This document shows positions 47,959 to 64,000 of a DNA stretch of 64,000 nt, piece by piece. The DNA lies in assembly GCF_035594765.1 (NCBI RefSeq), contig NC_085843.1, forward strand, positions 90,683,971 to 90,747,970, written 5' to 3'. Made by a program: the position numbers and the translations under genes. Below the pieces are notes generated by a model. The model was not told the DNA's origin. It made no database searches and saw nothing but the letters and a program-made list of their open reading frames with translations. Source of the DNA: Anolis carolinensis (taxonomy: Eukaryota). Positions within the stretch are counted from its first letter, which is position 1, and every line of letters begins with the position of its first letter.

Positions 47959-49116
47959 TAATTCTTTTTTTTACCATTGGAAAATGGCAATTTACAAGTC
48001 TGTACTGTAAAAAAATTACAGTGAAGAGAACTGCTTGCTTTTAAGGCAAAGCAACCAACAAGATTATATTTTTTTACACAATGAAAATAAATCCCACTTC
48101 ACATATCATCTACACTAGGTTAGGGCACCACATTAGCCTTCTTGGAGATCTGCGTGTGCTCCCAGAAAGTAATTATGATGATATTACCAAATGCCTCTGG
48201 TTTTCTGAGGGTATGTATTTTGACTAATTTGGGGTTGCAAAAAAAGGAAAAGGTCTCACTGAGGCTAATTTACAATTTTAATAACAGCCCAATTCTCACA
48301 ATATGCTGACAAAAATCCTGGTTTGAAATATAGTTTCATATAGTTAAGCGGCATAGTTTGTGGCACAACTTCTACATAAATTGATTATATTTTATTCAAT
48401 GCAGTGCTTCAGAATTAACAGTTATTACTGTGTTTCTTTACACAAGAAAATACTGAATGCCAGGCATACCTCAGTTAACAAAGCTTCTGACAAAGAAGCT
48501 CCCCATTATACATTTTTAATGCCTGCCCAGCTTCTAAAGCCTTTCTTTAGCAGCATTAGCACTTGGAGGATAGTGAAAGAAGGGTGAAGAAACACACACT
48601 CTCAGTGTTGGGTTTTGCGTCTCCCATAAACAATGCAATAAGCCTTGAGATAGGAAAAATTGGATTATATTCTGGTTGATCCTACTTGTAGCCATGAGTG
48701 CTTGTCTAAAACATGCAAGGTAAAACAGCAGCTATCTCAGAATTGCTTATAAAACAAAGAGATAGGACAAGACTAGATAAGCCTATCTCGCCAGCTCCTC
48801 CACCACCAGTATGTTAAAAAAGCATGGATCTATACATTTATCCACCAAATGGAAATTGTAAGAAAAGTGGAGGTTAATGAAAGACGGATGCATTTTGGAA
48901 GATGCTTTCAAATGGTCTGCAGAAGGTTCAAAATAGATGAACATCTTGAATAGCTCTCCTTCTTTGTGGTGCAGAAATCAATCCCTATTTTTTGCATGTT
49001 ATTTCTGTCTCCAGTACCAACATATCCACTTTGTTAATTGAGGTATACCTGTACTTTTTTTTTTTTTTTACAATTTGTAAGCAGTATACTACCGGTTCAA
49101 AAAATAATCAACTAAC

Positions 49117-63393
<14,277 letters not shown>

Positions 63394-64000
63394 CTAACCA
63401 AAAAGAAAGATTTTATTCTTTAAAAATATTCTATGTCATTTCTTTTTTAACTAGTAATTTTCTCAATATTTTGTAAAGAAAGAATGCAACATATATGAGT
63501 TCCCTTTGGGGGTGAGAAGGGCAGGGTATAAGTACAGTAAATAAATACATATAGCTAGAAAACCATCTGAATAAAGGTCAAGTACATTTAACATATAAAT
63601 CTCTTTTTAAATATAAATCTTATTTATATTAAATCCAGTTATATCCATACATTTACTCAGTTTTTTTGTAATAAACAAACAAACAAACAAACAAACAAAA
63701 GGAAATTTCTAATTGCAATGAAAAATGACAAGGTTCTGAAAATAAATTAGCCAATTAAATGGGAGGAGAAAATAATCTTTTGCCATATAATCTCTCCTTA
63801 CTAACATTGTTGGATTCTATTTGAGTTCCACTGAAATATAGTTACATGGAAAGGCAGAACTGGTTATTACTCATCATTTATGATTCCCCATATAAGACAA
63901 TGAAATAGTTTATTAACATAAATCAGACCTCTTTGTGTTCAGTTTCAGTTTGTTCCAATGAGAAAAGGTGCTAAGGATAAAAATGGGTAGCATCCTGTAG

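Noticed and set aside
48999-49048. Segment reading GIPQLTKW...* just after the GK 87-nt exon, resembling the mammalian GIP* end
   Set aside because: The implied 68-nt intron has a poly(A) run instead of a polypyrimidine tract before the AG; probably coincidence.

Overview
Vertebrate genomic DNA, most likely from a squamate such as an Anolis-like lizard. This is inferred from the Sauria-type SINEs and the RTE, L2, CR1, R4/Dong, Penelope, hAT, Tc1/mariner and Helitron repeats. Two intron-containing genes lie in tandem on the minus strand. (1) The 3' half of glycerol kinase (GK) has 11 coding exons between 63393 and 49117, all with GT-AG boundaries and a continuous reading frame. Its terminal exon is unresolved; a probable 3' UTR and poly(A) signal lie at ~43.3-44.8 kb. 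(2) Downstream of GK is an unrecognised multi-exon gene: ATG at 13032, at least 7-8 phase-compatible coding exons down to 3688, >=524 aa, with a low-complexity N-terminus and a coiled-coil C-terminus. It is probably transcribed from the CpG island at ~28.8-29.4 kb. The rest is largely transposable elements. These include a 2.7-kb degenerate Charlie/Buster-type hAT with TIRs and TSD, three non-autonomous Helitrons (one a composite carrying other elements), a rearranged Penelope-like element with a GIY-YIG ORF and a decayed minimal hammerhead motif, a solo LTR, many MITEs/SINEs, and several long hairpins. There is no CRISPR array, rRNA or genuine tRNA gene. All calls were read by eye without database searches.
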